From Armatimonadota bacterium (GTDB taxonomy: Bacteria > Sysuimicrobiota > Sysuimicrobiia > Sysuimicrobiales > Kaftiobacteriaceae), in assembly GCA_037440005.1 (NCBI GenBank), contig JBBIUY010000004.1, forward strand, positions 32,001-96,000: a stretch of DNA of 64,000 nt, given 5' to 3'. Both the position numbers and the translations under genes were made by a program. The stretch's first letter is position 1. Every line of letters starts with the position of its first letter. This document shows positions 48,359 to 59,035 of the stretch, piece after piece. The notes under the pieces were generated by a model. It had not been told where the DNA came from. It was given only the letters and a program-made list of their open reading frames with translations, and searched no databases.

Positions 48359-50683
48359 CTACGGACCGCGGTCCACGCTCACCCACCACGGGATGCGCAT
48401 CGTGGCCCCCGAGCCCGTCTCGGTGACGACGATGTCGCCAAAGCGCGTGAACGAAGGGACGGACTGAGCGACCGAAAGGGAGACGGTGAAGGTCTGTGTC
48501 CCGCCAGGCCCGACCGTTACAGGTGTCGGGGAGACCGTGACCGATACACCCGCTGGCAACGGCGTGGCGAATACCACCGCCAGGGAGTAGGTCCGCGCCG
48601 AGGTGGTGCTGGAGTTCATGATCGTCACCGTGCGCGAGGCCGAGATAGGCCGCCGGCCCTGCCACAGGCCGAAGCTGACCGACGCCGGGCTGAAGAAGGC
48701 CCTGGCGTTCATCGCCGCCAACAGGTCCACGCGACCACCGCCCCGGTCCATGGGGTTGACCAGGGCGGCGCCCGTGGCGTGGTGGCGGACAGGCCGCTTG
48801 GCGGTGTTAACGATCGCCGACTTGACGATGTCCGGGTACGGCAGCGGTGGGCTGGTTCCGTACAGCGGCCTGAACAGCTGCAGCAGCACGGCGGCCGACC
48901 CGGCCAGGTGGGGCGTGGCCATGCTGGTGCCCTGGAAGAAGGCGAACTTCCGCTCAAAGACCGAGGAGGCCACGTTTACCCCCGGCGCGGTGGCGTCGGG
49001 CTTGATCAGGTAGGTGAACGGCGTGGGGCCGCGGCTGCTGAAGCCGGCGATGATGTCGGCGTTAGACGTGACAAACTCCCGGGGCGCGGTGCCGTCCACA
49101 GTGGCCGTCCTGTGCGCGGCCCCGGCGGTCCTGAGCGCGGCGCGGTCGGCCACGCCCACCATGGCCGCGGGGATGGTCGGCTTGGGCTCGGTGCCGTCGT
49201 GGACCATGGCGATGGGGTCGCCGGCCACGTTGTTCACCACGAGGACACCCACAGCTCCCGCGGCCTCCGCGTTGCGGACCTTCGTGGTGAAGGTACACAC
49301 GCCGCGGTCGATGATGACGATTTGCCCGAGGTGGGGCGTTCCCGACAGGGCGGTGCAGGCCTGCGTGGAAGCGCCAGCTGGCGCATCGGCTGCGGTGTTG
49401 TTCCAGTTGGCCAGCGGCGCAGTGACGGGCGGCTTAAACGTGCCGAACTCCCCCAGGGCGGCCGGGATCTCCGTCGTGTCGAAGGTTACCGGGATGCCCA
49501 CGAAGTGAGGGTTGGTGCTGGCTCCGGCCGTCAGGGCCTTCTCCGCACTGCCCGGGGACTCGACCGTGAGCGGTCCCGGTCCCGAGTTGCCGGCGGCCAC
49601 CGCGGCCACGACGCCGGCGTCCGCCACGGCGTTGGTGGCTTCGGCCAGGAAGTCGTGCGGCCCCTGCACGCCGCCGCCCAGGCTCATGTTCACCACGTCC
49701 ATCCCGTCTTCCACGGCCGCCTCCAGGGCCGCGGCGATGTCGTGGCTGAACGCCGACCCGCCAAACGCCACAAAGCCGGCGCCGAAGCCCGGAAAAACGT
49801 TGTAGTCGCCCAGCAGCGCCCGGGGGGCGATGCCGCTGAGCCCGGTCAGGGTCACCGCCGTCCCGGCGACCTGGCCGCTGGTGCCGAAGTTGCCCGCCAC
49901 GGTCCCCGCCACGTGGGTGCCGTGGTCGAAGACTACCAGGTCGGTAGGCCTCACGTGGGCCCCAGGCGCCACGCCGGAGAAGAACACCCGACAGATGATC
50001 ACCTTATTGTTGGTGTTGGCTCCGCCCGGCTTTCTCAGATTCACCTGAGGCAGCGCGTTCGCGCAGGCGTCGGTCTGGGGGGCCGGTGGGTATCCGGCAT
50101 CGCTCAAGAACGGGTTGGTGATGTCAATGCCGGTGTCGATGATCCCGACCTTGATGCCCTCGCCGGCAGAGCCCGGGCCGCCCAGGGCGCTCCACAACGC
50201 CGGAGCGCTGATCAGGTCGGGGCTGATGTTCATCGCCGGCCGCACCAGGAAACTCGGGACCACGGCCCGGACCCCTGGACCCTGGGCCAGCCTCTCGCGG
50301 GCCTCGCCGTTGAGCTTGACGGCGACCCCGTTAAAGACGACCGAATACTCCCGTACCACCTGCGCCCGGGGGGCGTTGCTCCGCAGCCAGCTTCTGAAGT
50401 TCGCCCTCCTGTCGCCCAGGTAGCGGCCGTAGGCTCGGGCTGCGGGGGCGTTGAGGTTGAGCTTGCGTCCAGGCAGGGGCTTGGTGCGCGCGTAGCCGGG
50501 GATCCCGCCCTCATACGACGCGACGGGAGGGTCGGCCAGCTTCACGATGACGTAATCGGACTCGACCTGCGCCGCGGGCGGGGCGTCGGTGGCCCGGCCG
50601 CCGGCGCCGGCCGGGAGGATCGAGGCCGCCAGGAAGACGGCCGCAGCCAGCAGGACCGCAATCCTCCGGAGACTGCCGTTCAC
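48359..50683 (-). CDS. S8 subtilase (Vpr-like) with I9 propeptide and PA domain
   Basis: IIDTG, HGTHVAG, GTSMATP, RGVCTFTTKV. Confidence 0.93.
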   Translation of the reverse strand: MNGSLRRIAVLLAAAVFLAASILPAGAGGRATDAPPAAQVESDYVIVKLADPPVASYEGGIPGYARTKPLPGRKLNLNAPAARAYGRYLGDRRANFRSWLRSNAPRAQVVREYSVVFNGVAVKLNGEARERLAQGPGVRAVVPSFLVRPAMNISPDLISAPALWSALGGPGSAGEGIKVGIIDTGIDITNPFLSDAGYPPAPQTDACANALPQVNLRKPGGANTNNKVIICRVFFSGVAPGAHVRPTDLVVFDHGTHVAGTVAGNFGTSGQVAGTAVTLTGLSGIAPRALLGDYNVFPGFGAGFVAFGGSAFSHDIAAALEAAVEDGMDVVNMSLGGGVQGPHDFLAEATNAVADAGVVAAVAAGNSGPGPLTVESPGSAEKALTAGASTNPHFVGIPVTFDTTEIPAALGEFGTFKPPVTAPLANWNNTAADAPAGASTQACTALSGTPHLGQIVIIDRGVCTFTTKVRNAEAAGAVGVLVVNNVAGDPIAMVHDGTEPKPTIPAAMVGVADRAALRTAGAAHRTATVDGTAPREFVTSNADIIAGFSSRGPTPFTYLIKPDATAPGVNVASSVFERKFAFFQGTSMATPHLAGSAAVLLQLFRPLYGTSPPLPYPDIVKSAIVNTAKRPVRHHATGAALVNPMDRGGGRVDLLAAMNARAFFSPASVSFGLWQGRRPISASRTVTIMNSSTTSARTYSLAVVFATPLPAGVSVTVSPTPVTVGPGGTQTFTVSLSVAQSVPSFTRFGDIVVTETGSGATMRIPWWVSVDRGP

Positions 50684-50876
50684 GTCTTCACCTCCTCACC
50701 ACCCCGGGTCCGACGGGAAAGGCGCGTCCGATGACACGACGACGGGAGTGCAGGGATCGCCCAGGGATCACTGGGACGGATTCGCCCCGCCCCGACCGCA
50801 TCCTGCACGAGGCAGGTCAGGTCCCGCGCGCGTCAGGCGGGCTGTGGGGAGAATTGCGATGGAAGTTTTCGGGAAG

Positions 50877-51833
50877 TTACCGCCGCAGGGGCGCCGGAGG
50901 GATCTGGGTGGGGACCAGCAACCCGGGCGGGGCGCTGAGCACCCGCGGAATGGCGGAGACCACCAGCGCGCAGGTGGCCGCGTCGCCGTGCAGCCCTCCG
51001 GGGATCTCCACGGCGACGGACGGGTCGCCGTCGATGCGCACCGAGTCCCGGGGCCTGACCGCACCCCGGGCCATCAGCAGGTCCAGCACCACCGCGTCCC
51101 GGCCGGAGCGCACGCCGCGCAGGACCTGGTGGATGCCTCGCACGACGCCCCCGGCGTCCGCGACGGGCTCGACCGACTCCTCCACGCCGTCCAGGGTCCA
51201 GCCCAGGGCGTGGGCGACAATCGCCGCCGACTCGGCCAGCCCCACGTGGCCCAACCGGCCGTCGGCCACCCCCCGGCGGAACTCCTCGACGGTCAGTCCC
51301 ACCCCTGCCTTGCGCCGCAGGGACTCGCGCCGGACGTCCAGGTCCACCACCCGCTCCACGGTGACCGCGCGCACCTCCCGGCAGGGCAGGGCCAGCACGA
51401 CGGGGAGGACGTCCATGACGAACCCGGGGTTGACGCCCAGGCCGACGACCACCGCTCCCCGGCTGCGCGCCAGCGCGTCCAGGTCGGCCGCCTCCCGCGG
51501 GTACCGGAGCCAGGGGAACGCCAGCTCCTCGCAGGTGGAGATGACCGACATCCCCGCGTCGACCACAGGCGTGATCTGGGGCAGGACGTCGGACAGCCGC
51601 GAGCGGGTGGAGTGCAGGACCACATCGGCGCCGGCGGACAGCAGTCCGCCGGGGTCGGCAAAGATCCGGACGTCTTCCGGGGCACCGGGCACCAGGTCCG
51701 AGGCGGGCCGGCCGGTCTTGCGGGGGTCGGAGTCCACGGCCCCGACCAGGACGTGACCCCGGGCGATGGCCAGTTCCGCGATGCCTGCGCCGATGGAGCC
51801 CAGGCCGTACTGGATAAAGCGCACAGACCGCAC
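50877..51833 (-). CDS. NAD(P)-dependent amine dehydrogenase (2,4-diaminopentanoate dehydrogenase/DapB-like family)
   Basis: YGLGSIG, STCEEL, GVNPGFVMD, GHVGL, GDAAT. Confidence 0.8.
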   Translation of the reverse strand: MRSVRFIQYGLGSIGAGIAELAIARGHVLVGAVDSDPRKTGRPASDLVPGAPEDVRIFADPGGLLSAGADVVLHSTRSRLSDVLPQITPVVDAGMSVISTCEELAFPWLRYPREAADLDALARSRGAVVVGLGVNPGFVMDVLPVVLALPCREVRAVTVERVVDLDVRRESLRRKAGVGLTVEEFRRGVADGRLGHVGLAESAAIVAHALGWTLDGVEESVEPVADAGGVVRGIHQVLRGVRSGRDAVVLDLLMARGAVRPRDSVRIDGDPSVAVEIPGGLHGDAATCALVVSAIPRVLSAPPGLLVPTQIPPAPLRR

Positions 51834-51973
51834 GGGCCCCATTGTAGCAGGGCCGGTCGCTGGCGTCCTGAAGCGGGCGCACCTGCCCGGGAGGGGGGAG
51901 GGGAGGCCGGATCAGCCTCCCCTCCGCCGCTGCGGGCCGAATCGCCTTCGCCCGCCGCGCGTGGACGTGGCCG

Positions 51974-53374
51974 TTACTTTCCGGTCACCGCGCGGTAGGC
52001 GTTGATCCGGCCGAAGCCGTACCACATGTCCTTGCCGGGCTTGCCCAGGTCGTCGGCGGACCGCTTGAGGATGGCCACGATCTGGTCTCCGGTCAGCTCT
52101 CCTCCGTACACCGAGTCTACCAGGGCCGCCGCACCGCTCACGTGGGCCGCGGCCATGCTGGTGCCCAGCATGAACAGCCCCGCCTGTCCGCTGCCGCAGC
52201 CAGGCCGGCTGAACCGCGCGCAGGCGGAGATGATGGCATCGGTCATTACCTTGGGGTTGAAGCTCCCGCCGGGGGCGGCGAAGGTGAGGATGGACATCCC
52301 GTGGTCGGAGTAGACGACGATGCTGCCGTCCGGAAGCTGGGCGCGTGCCATGCTGTCCACACCCGCTCCAAACCACGGCCCTGTCGCCGACACGGCGGCC
52401 ACGTGGGGCAGCTCGGCCGGGATCTTCATCATATTGCCCATGCGGTCCCAGTTGACGCCGTTGTTGCCCGCGGACGCCACAAGAAGCGCTCCACGGGCGT
52501 GGGCGTAGTTGACGGCCCGGTTGAGGGCGGCCAGCAGCTGGGCGTCGTCACGGCCCTGCTTGACCAGGGTGTCGCCAAAGCTCATGTTGATGACGTCCGC
52601 GCCCACGTCGGCGGCGTACTTGATGGCCGCGATGATGTCGCCGTACTCGGCAAAGCCGGTCCTCCCGGACACCTTGAGGGCGATGAGGGTCACCCCGGGA
52701 GCCACCCCCGCCACGTTGTATCCCCGGGCGGCGATGATCCCGGCCACATGAGTCCCGTGGCCGTGCACGTCCAGGTACGGCAGAGAGCCCGGCGGCAGCG
52801 GCTCCGTCCAGTACGACCTGCTGAGGACCGGGTCCACCTTGCCGACCAGGTCCTGGTGCCCGTAGTCGATCCCCGAGTCGATGACCGCCACCTTCACGCG
52901 GCGGTCGCCCACCACCCCCGCGGCCCACACCCGGTCGGCGCCGATCGCCCGCATGTTCCACTGGGCCCCGAAGAACCGCGCCGACGCGGGGTTCACCCCC
53001 TCCGCCGCCAGCGCCTCAGGTGCGGGGCTTCCGTCGGCGCCTTCCAGGACGACGGGCTCCTGGTCGGGCAGCCCCACCCCCACCAGCCGGTCCTCGCTCA
53101 CCCCCTGCACGCCGGCGACGCCGATGGCGGCGTCGGCGAACGCCGGGTCGTCGGACTCCACGACCGCCACGCCGATCTCGTCCATCCGGTGGACGATCCG
53201 GCCTCCCACCGACGCCATCAGGCCCTCAAACTCCGGCGGCAGGGTCTGACCCGACCACACCACCACGTAGCGGCGGCCGCCCGCAGACGCGGCGGTCTGC
53301 GGCGGCTGCGCCGCCAGGGCCGCCAGCGCCACGATGACCACCAGCACGCCTGCAACCCGCACAAGACCTCGCAT
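51974..53374 (-). CDS. Secreted S8 subtilase
   Basis: VIDSG, HGTHVAG, SAGN, GTSMAAAHVSG. Confidence 0.92.
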   Translation of the reverse strand: MRGLVRVAGVLVVIVALAALAAQPPQTAASAGGRRYVVVWSGQTLPPEFEGLMASVGGRIVHRMDEIGVAVVESDDPAFADAAIGVAGVQGVSEDRLVGVGLPDQEPVVLEGADGSPAPEALAAEGVNPASARFFGAQWNMRAIGADRVWAAGVVGDRRVKVAVIDSGIDYGHQDLVGKVDPVLSRSYWTEPLPPGSLPYLDVHGHGTHVAGIIAARGYNVAGVAPGVTLIALKVSGRTGFAEYGDIIAAIKYAADVGADVINMSFGDTLVKQGRDDAQLLAALNRAVNYAHARGALLVASAGNNGVNWDRMGNMMKIPAELPHVAAVSATGPWFGAGVDSMARAQLPDGSIVVYSDHGMSILTFAAPGGSFNPKVMTDAIISACARFSRPGCGSGQAGLFMLGTSMAAAHVSGAAALVDSVYGGELTGDQIVAILKRSADDLGKPGKDMWYGFGRINAYRAVTGK

Positions 53375-53670
53375 CAGTGCGTCTCCCTCAGGAAAGTGCT
53401 GGAGGGCCTGCCGGCCTCCAGCCGTGCCGATTACGTGGAACTTCCGGAGAACTCCAAATCCGAGAAGATGGATCGGGCCCGCCCGCGCCGCCCCTGCCGC
53501 GCGGGCCGGATGCCCGTCCCCGCCCGTCGTGCGCTTCCGACGACCCTCCCCCGAAGAGCCTCCCCCGGCTGTTTACTTCCCCACCGGAGCAAGAGCCGTG
53601 CCCGGAGGGCAGGGAGGCGCCCGCCGGACCGGCGAACACATATCCGGGTCGCGGTCCAAAGGAGCCCCCA

Positions 53671-54612
53671 GTGCCCGTTGCGGTCGTCGCCATCGGCGGC
53701 AACTCCCTGATCACCGACGAAGCCCGCCCCACCGTGGCCGGCGAGATCGCCGCCCTGGAGGGGACGAGCGTCCACATCGCCGAGATGCTGGCGCGGGGGT
53801 GGGACGTGGTCCTCACCCACGGCAACGGCCCCCAGGTGGGGTTTGGCCTCCTGCGCAGCGAGCTGGCCGCCGGGGTGGTCCCGCCGCTGCCCCTGGACGT
53901 GCTGGGGGCGCAGACCCAGGGCAGCATCGGGTACCTGATCCAGCAGGTCCTGGGCAACGCGCTGCGCCGGCGGGGGATCCGCAAGCCCATCGCCACCGTG
54001 GTCACCCAGGCGGTGGTGGACCCGCAGGATCCCGCGTTCTCCCATCCCACCAAACCTATCGGCCGGTTTTACTCCAAACTTGAGGCCGAGCGGCTGGCGG
54101 CCGAGCGGGGCTGGCAGGTGGTGGAGGACGCGGGGAGGGGGTGGCGGCGGGTGGTCCCGTCCCCGCGGCCGGTGGAGATCGTGGAGTGGCCGGTGATCAA
54201 GGACCTGGCCGGGGCGGGGGTGGTGGTGGTGGCCTGCGGCGGGGGAGGGATCCCGGTGGTCCGGGAGCCCGACGGGCGGCTGCGGGGGGTGGAGGCGGTG
54301 ATCGACAAGGACCTGGCCAGCGCCCTGCTGGCGGCGTTGCTGGGGGTGGACCTGCTGCTGATCTCGACGGCGGTGGACCGGGCGTACCTGGACTACGGGA
54401 GGCCGGGCCAGCGGCCGGTGGCGGTCCTGACGGTGGAGGAGGCCCGCCGCTACCTGGCCGCGGGCCAGTTCCCGCCGGGCAGCATGGGCCCCAAGATCGA
54501 AGCGGCGGTGCAGTTCCTGCAGGGGGGCGGGCGGGAGGTGATCATCACCTCTCCCCCGCAGATCCCCCGGGCGCTGGCCGGGGAGGCCGGCACCCGCATC
54601 GTGGCCGGGTGA
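53671..54612 (+). CDS. arcC: Carbamate kinase
   Basis: AIGGNSL, THGNGPQVG, PTKPIG, RRVVPSP, GGGGIPV, AVIDKD, GSMGPK. Confidence 0.95.
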   Translation: MPVAVVAIGGNSLITDEARPTVAGEIAALEGTSVHIAEMLARGWDVVLTHGNGPQVGFGLLRSELAAGVVPPLPLDVLGAQTQGSIGYLIQQVLGNALRRRGIRKPIATVVTQAVVDPQDPAFSHPTKPIGRFYSKLEAERLAAERGWQVVEDAGRGWRRVVPSPRPVEIVEWPVIKDLAGAGVVVVACGGGGIPVVREPDGRLRGVEAVIDKDLASALLAALLGVDLLLISTAVDRAYLDYGRPGQRPVAVLTVEEARRYLAAGQFPPGSMGPKIEAAVQFLQGGGREVIITSPPQIPRALAGEAGTRIVAG

Positions 54613-54696
54613 GAGGGTGTGGACGGTTGATGACGGGGGGCCGCCGGTGACAGACTGAGGGCGGAGAGCAACCGCGGGACGGAAGGGGGGAGGGCC

Positions 54697-55914
54697 GTGG
54701 ACGAGCTGCCGCTGGCGTCGCGGATGCGGGGGCTGGGCACGGAAACGGCGTTCGAGGTCCTGGCCCGGGCGCGGGACCTGGAACGGCAGGGGCGGTCCAT
54801 CATCCACCTGGAGATCGGGGAGCCCGACTTCGACACCCCCGAGCACATCAAGGAGGCAGCCATCAAAGCCCTGCGGGACGGCTACACCCACTACACGCCG
54901 TCGGCGGGTCTGTACGAGGCCCGGGAGGCCGTCGCCCAGCACGTGGAGGCCACCCGCAAGATTCCGGTCCACCCGGACGAGGTGGTCATCACCCCGGGCA
55001 GCAAGCCGGTGATGTTCTTCGCCATCCTGGCCCTGGTGGAGCCCGGTGACGAGGTGATTTACCCGGACCCCGGCTATCCCATCTACGAGTCGGTGGCCCG
55101 CTTCGCGGGGGGCGTCCCCCGGCCGCTGGTCCTGCGGGAGGCCCGCGGCTTCCGCGTCGACCCCGACGAGCTGCGGGAGCTGATCACCCCCAGGACCAAG
55201 CTGGTGATCCTCAACTCGCCGCACAACCCCTGCGGCTCGGTCCTGACCCGCGAGGACGTGGTGGCGATCGCCGAGATCGTGCAGCGGTCGCGGGCGTTTG
55301 TGCTGTCGGACGAAATCTACTGGCAGATCCTGTACGAGGGCGCCCACTACAGCATCGCCAGCGTGCCGGGGATGAAAGAGCGCACCATCCTGCTGGACGG
55401 CTTTTCCAAGGCCTACGCCATGACCGGGTGGCGGCTGGGCTTTGGGGTCATGCGCCGGGACCTGGCCGCCCGGATGACCCAGCTGATGGTCAACTCCAAC
55501 TCCTGCGCGGCGGCGTTCACCCAGATCGCCGGCATCGCGGCCCTGCGGGGCCCCCGGGAGCCGGTGGAGCGCATGGTGGCCGAGTTCCACCGCCGGCGGG
55601 ACGTGATCGTCTCAGGGCTGCGGGCCCTGGACGGGGTGACGTGCGCCATGCCCGCCGGGGCGTTCTACGCCTTCCCCAACGTCAGCCGGATCGACCCCGA
55701 CAGCCGGCGGCTGGCCGACTTCCTGCTGACCGAGGCGGGGGTCGCGTGCCTGGCGGGGACGGCTTTCGGGGAGCACGGGCAGGGCTACCTGCGCCTGTCG
55801 TACGCCACCAGCGTCGACAACATCCGGGAAGGGCTGGCGCGCATGGCCCAGGCGCTGCAACGCTATCCGGCGGCCGCCCGGGACCCCCGCGGGCCGGCAG
55901 CCCGCCCGGGGTAG
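54697..55914 (+). CDS. Class I/II PLP aminotransferase (aspartate aminotransferase-like)
   Basis: GEPDFDTP, NSPHNP, DEIY, FSKAYAMTGWRLG. Confidence 0.93.
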   Translation: MDELPLASRMRGLGTETAFEVLARARDLERQGRSIIHLEIGEPDFDTPEHIKEAAIKALRDGYTHYTPSAGLYEAREAVAQHVEATRKIPVHPDEVVITPGSKPVMFFAILALVEPGDEVIYPDPGYPIYESVARFAGGVPRPLVLREARGFRVDPDELRELITPRTKLVILNSPHNPCGSVLTREDVVAIAEIVQRSRAFVLSDEIYWQILYEGAHYSIASVPGMKERTILLDGFSKAYAMTGWRLGFGVMRRDLAARMTQLMVNSNSCAAAFTQIAGIAALRGPREPVERMVAEFHRRRDVIVSGLRALDGVTCAMPAGAFYAFPNVSRIDPDSRRLADFLLTEAGVACLAGTAFGEHGQGYLRLSYATSVDNIREGLARMAQALQRYPAAARDPRGPAARPG

Positions 55915-55951
55915 GCGCGGGGAAGCAGGCGGCCGGGCAGGGCCGGAGGAC

Positions 55952-56467
55952 TCAGTCCAGGGGGCCGGGCCGGAAGGAGCGGACCACCGCGTCGCACTCC
56001 TTCTGGCCATCGCGCCAGCGCTCCAGGGGTTTGGCGCAGGCTGCGATCGCCAGCCGCGCCGTCCCTGCGGCCACGGCGCCCACCGCGGCCCACTGGCGGG
56101 CGCCGGCGCTGCCGGTGACTTCGAACTTGTACCACACCCCGGCTCCCGTGCGCCGGGAGTCGGGCTGAAAACCCGAGATCCCGTGGACGGGCAGCAGGCT
56201 GAAGACCTCCCGGCGGACGGTCGCGTCGTCCGGGGGCCCGTCGGCCGGGCGGGTGGCCACGACGATGAACTCCGCCGGCTCGGCGTCCTCGGGCGTGTCC
56301 GGCGGGACCAGCCACAGGTCGTCCCCGCGGAGGCGGGCGTCCCATCCCGCCGGGTGCTGGACGGCGGCGCCGGAGGGGGCGCGGGATTCCACCAGGGCGG
56401 GGGAGGGGGCCGGCCGCGCGCAGCCTGCCGCCAGCACGGTCAACATGGCGATCCACCGCAGGCGCAC
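55952..56467 (-). CDS. Hypothetical lipoprotein
   Basis: Lipobox LAAGC. Confidence 0.7.
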   Translation of the reverse strand: MRLRWIAMLTVLAAGCARPAPSPALVESRAPSGAAVQHPAGWDARLRGDDLWLVPPDTPEDAEPAEFIVVATRPADGPPDDATVRREVFSLLPVHGISGFQPDSRRTGAGVWYKFEVTGSAGARQWAAVGAVAAGTARLAIAACAKPLERWRDGQKECDAVVRSFRPGPLD

Positions 56468-56555
56468 AGGCCCGATGTTCGCGGAGAGCGCCAGCGGTCC
56501 CTTGCGGGACCCAGCCGGGAGTCTGGCACACTAGTATGCGGAGGGAGGGCCGCCC

Positions 56556-57551
56556 GTGCGCGCCGTCGTCCTCACCGCCCCGGGGGCCGTTGACTCCTCG
56601 GTCTTAGAGCTGCGGGATGTGCCGGTGCCCGAGCCGGGCCCCGGCCAGGTCCGCGTCCGCGTCCGGCGGTGCGGAGTCTGCCACACCGACCTGCACATCG
56701 CCGAGGGCGAGCTGCCGCCTGCGCGTCTGCCGGTGGTGCTGGGTCACCAGGCGGTGGGCGTAGTGGACCGGCTGGGGCCCGGGGTCAGCGCCCCGCCGGA
56801 AGGCAGCCGGGTGGGCGTGGCCTGGGTGGGAGGCGCCTGCGGGACGTGCGCGTACTGCCGCCGGGGCGAGGAGAACCTGTGCGCGGATTTGGTGTGCACC
56901 GGGTACCACGTGGACGGCGGTTATGCCGAGTACCTGGTCGCCCGGGCCGATTTCGTCTACCCGCTGCCGGACGGGTTCGACGACGACCGGGCCGCCCCGC
57001 TGCTGTGCGCGGGGATCATCGGCTACCGGTCCCTGCGGCTGTCGGGGGTGCGGCCGGGCGGGAGGCTGGGGCTGTTCGGCTTCGGCGCGTCGGCGCACCT
57101 GGCCATCCAGGTGGCCCGCCACTGGGGGTGCGAGGTCTTCGTCTTCACCCGCAGCCCGGCCCGCCGGCGCCTGGCCGAATCCCTTGGGGCCGCGTGGGTG
57201 GGCGGGCCGGAGGACGCCCCGCCGGCCGAGCTGGACGCGGCGGTGGTGTTTGCCCCGGCGGGCGAGGTGGTGGTGGAGGCCCTGCGGCGGCTGCGGCGGG
57301 GCGGCACCGTGGCCGTCAACGCCGTCCACCTGGACCGGCTGCCGGCGGTGGACTACCGGCTGCTGTACTGGGAACGCGTCCTCCGCAGCGTCAGCAACAG
57401 CACCCGCCAGGACGGCCGGGAGTTCGTGGAGCTGGCGGCGCGGATTCCTCTGCGGGTGGAGGTCCAGACCTTTCCCCTGCACGAGGCATCCCGCGCCCTG
57501 ACCGCCCTCAAGCGCGGGGAGATCACCGGCGCCGGCGTCCTCGCCCTCTGA
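56556..57551 (+). CDS. Zn-dependent alcohol dehydrogenase
   Basis: GVCHTDLH, GHQ, CGTCAYC...C, GFGASAH. Confidence 0.92.
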   Translation: MRAVVLTAPGAVDSSVLELRDVPVPEPGPGQVRVRVRRCGVCHTDLHIAEGELPPARLPVVLGHQAVGVVDRLGPGVSAPPEGSRVGVAWVGGACGTCAYCRRGEENLCADLVCTGYHVDGGYAEYLVARADFVYPLPDGFDDDRAAPLLCAGIIGYRSLRLSGVRPGGRLGLFGFGASAHLAIQVARHWGCEVFVFTRSPARRRLAESLGAAWVGGPEDAPPAELDAAVVFAPAGEVVVEALRRLRRGGTVAVNAVHLDRLPAVDYRLLYWERVLRSVSNSTRQDGREFVELAARIPLRVEVQTFPLHEASRALTALKRGEITGAGVLAL

Positions 57552-57597
57552 CGCCCCGCAAGTGAAAGCGCAGTGATCCCTTTTTCCCTTTTCCCTT

Positions 57598-58425
57598 TTA
57601 CCGGGGCGGGGCCGGCGCGGTGGCGCAGTTGACGCAGTGGTTGGTCAGGCGCAGGGTCAGGCGGCCGCTCACCCGGCCGATGCCGCTGAGGGTGGTGACG
57701 GTGTCGGCGGTGACCGACGCCCACACCGGCTGGCCGGCCACGGTCAGGTAGCCCACGGTGGTGGTGACGTCTCCCCAGTCGTAGGAGACCACCAGCTCGT
57801 ACAGCAGCCCGGCCTCGTCCACCGTAGCCCGGATGGCGTAGGGCGGGCCGGGGCGGACCAGGAACTCCCGCATGGGCTCCGAGGTGTACAGCCACTGGGC
57901 GATCTTGCGCCGGGTCGCGGGATCGCGGGCGTCCCGGGGCTGTCCGTAGCGCGCGATGGCGTCGTCCACGATGCTGCGGTGGACGCCGGCCAGGACGTAC
58001 CGCCGCCCGGGCAGCTCGGCCAGCAGGAAGATGTCGTGGGCGTGGAAGGTCTCGGGGTTGTCGGCCTCGGTCTCGATCTTCTCCTCGATGGTCCGCCGCA
58101 GGGTGGGCCCGAACGGACGCAGCAGCAGCGGCAGGTCCAGCCGGTGGATGGTGACCCGCCGACGCCGGACGCCGTCGGCGCCCCGCCACTCCAGCACCGA
58201 GCCCGCCGCCTCCACCGCCAGCCGGCTGCTCCGGACCGTCACCACCAGCGTGCCGGTGAAGTCCGCGGTGAGCGTGTAGGGCTCTTTGCCCTCGCTGCCG
58301 AACAGGCGCGCCAGCAGGTGGTCCACCGACGGCGACTGGGCGCGGGCCGACCCTGCCAACAGCAGGACCCCCGCCGCCAGCACCGCGCTCAGGACCCGCC
58401 CGGGCCGCGCGAGATTCCTGCGCAC
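57598..58425 (-). CDS. Secreted hypothetical protein
   Basis: Signal peptide ending ARA; GC3-biased codons; TATAAT 7 nt before GTG. Confidence 0.7.
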   Translation of the reverse strand: MRRNLARPGRVLSAVLAAGVLLLAGSARAQSPSVDHLLARLFGSEGKEPYTLTADFTGTLVVTVRSSRLAVEAAGSVLEWRGADGVRRRRVTIHRLDLPLLLRPFGPTLRRTIEEKIETEADNPETFHAHDIFLLAELPGRRYVLAGVHRSIVDDAIARYGQPRDARDPATRRKIAQWLYTSEPMREFLVRPGPPYAIRATVDEAGLLYELVVSYDWGDVTTTVGYLTVAGQPVWASVTADTVTTLSGIGRVSGRLTLRLTNHCVNCATAPAPPR

Positions 58426-58433
58426 GGTGCCCA

Positions 58434-58982
58434 TTATACGGACCGGCCGTCGGGGGAGGAAGCGCCGTACCGCTCCCAGGACACCAGGGACGACAGAGGA
58501 CGCCGTCCGCGCCCGGCCAGGATCCGCAGCGCCGCCCGCTCGATGGGCCCGCGGCCGCGGGGATGCGGGTAGCCCAGGGAGAGGGCCACGGCCAGCACCC
58601 GGTCCGGCGGCACGCCCAGGAACGCCTTGGCCTCCTCCGCCCGGTGGAGGGTGGCGGGACAGGAGGCGACGCCGAAGGCCCAGGCGGCCAGCATCATGTT
58701 CTGGGCGCACCGCCCGGCGTCAAACAGTGCCGCCGGGTCGTCCACGACCACCACCACGGCCGCCGCGGCGGTCGCCAGGTGCTGGGCGAACCGTCCGAAG
58801 GCGGCCAGCGCCTGCAGGCGGGCGCGGTCCCGGACCACGATGAAGTGCCAGGGCTGGCGGTTGCGGCTGCTGCCGCTCATGCGGCCCGCGGTGAGGATCT
58901 TGCGCAGCACGGCGGCCGGCAGGGGCCGGTCGGTGAAGGTGCGCAGGTCGCGCTTGGTGACGATGCACCGGTAGGCGTCCAC
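58434..58982 (-). CDS. Nitroreductase-family protein
   Basis: KRDLRTF, SSRNRQPWHFIVV, QNMMLAA, LGYP. Confidence 0.88.
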   Translation of the reverse strand: MDAYRCIVTKRDLRTFTDRPLPAAVLRKILTAGRMSGSSRNRQPWHFIVVRDRARLQALAAFGRFAQHLATAAAAVVVVVDDPAALFDAGRCAQNMMLAAWAFGVASCPATLHRAEEAKAFLGVPPDRVLAVALSLGYPHPRGRGPIERAALRILAGRGRRPLSSLVSWERYGASSPDGRSV

Positions 58983-59035
58983 AGGAGAGCCCTTCGCGGC
59001 CGGACGCGGGCGGGCCCTGCTACAATGGGCGTGAC

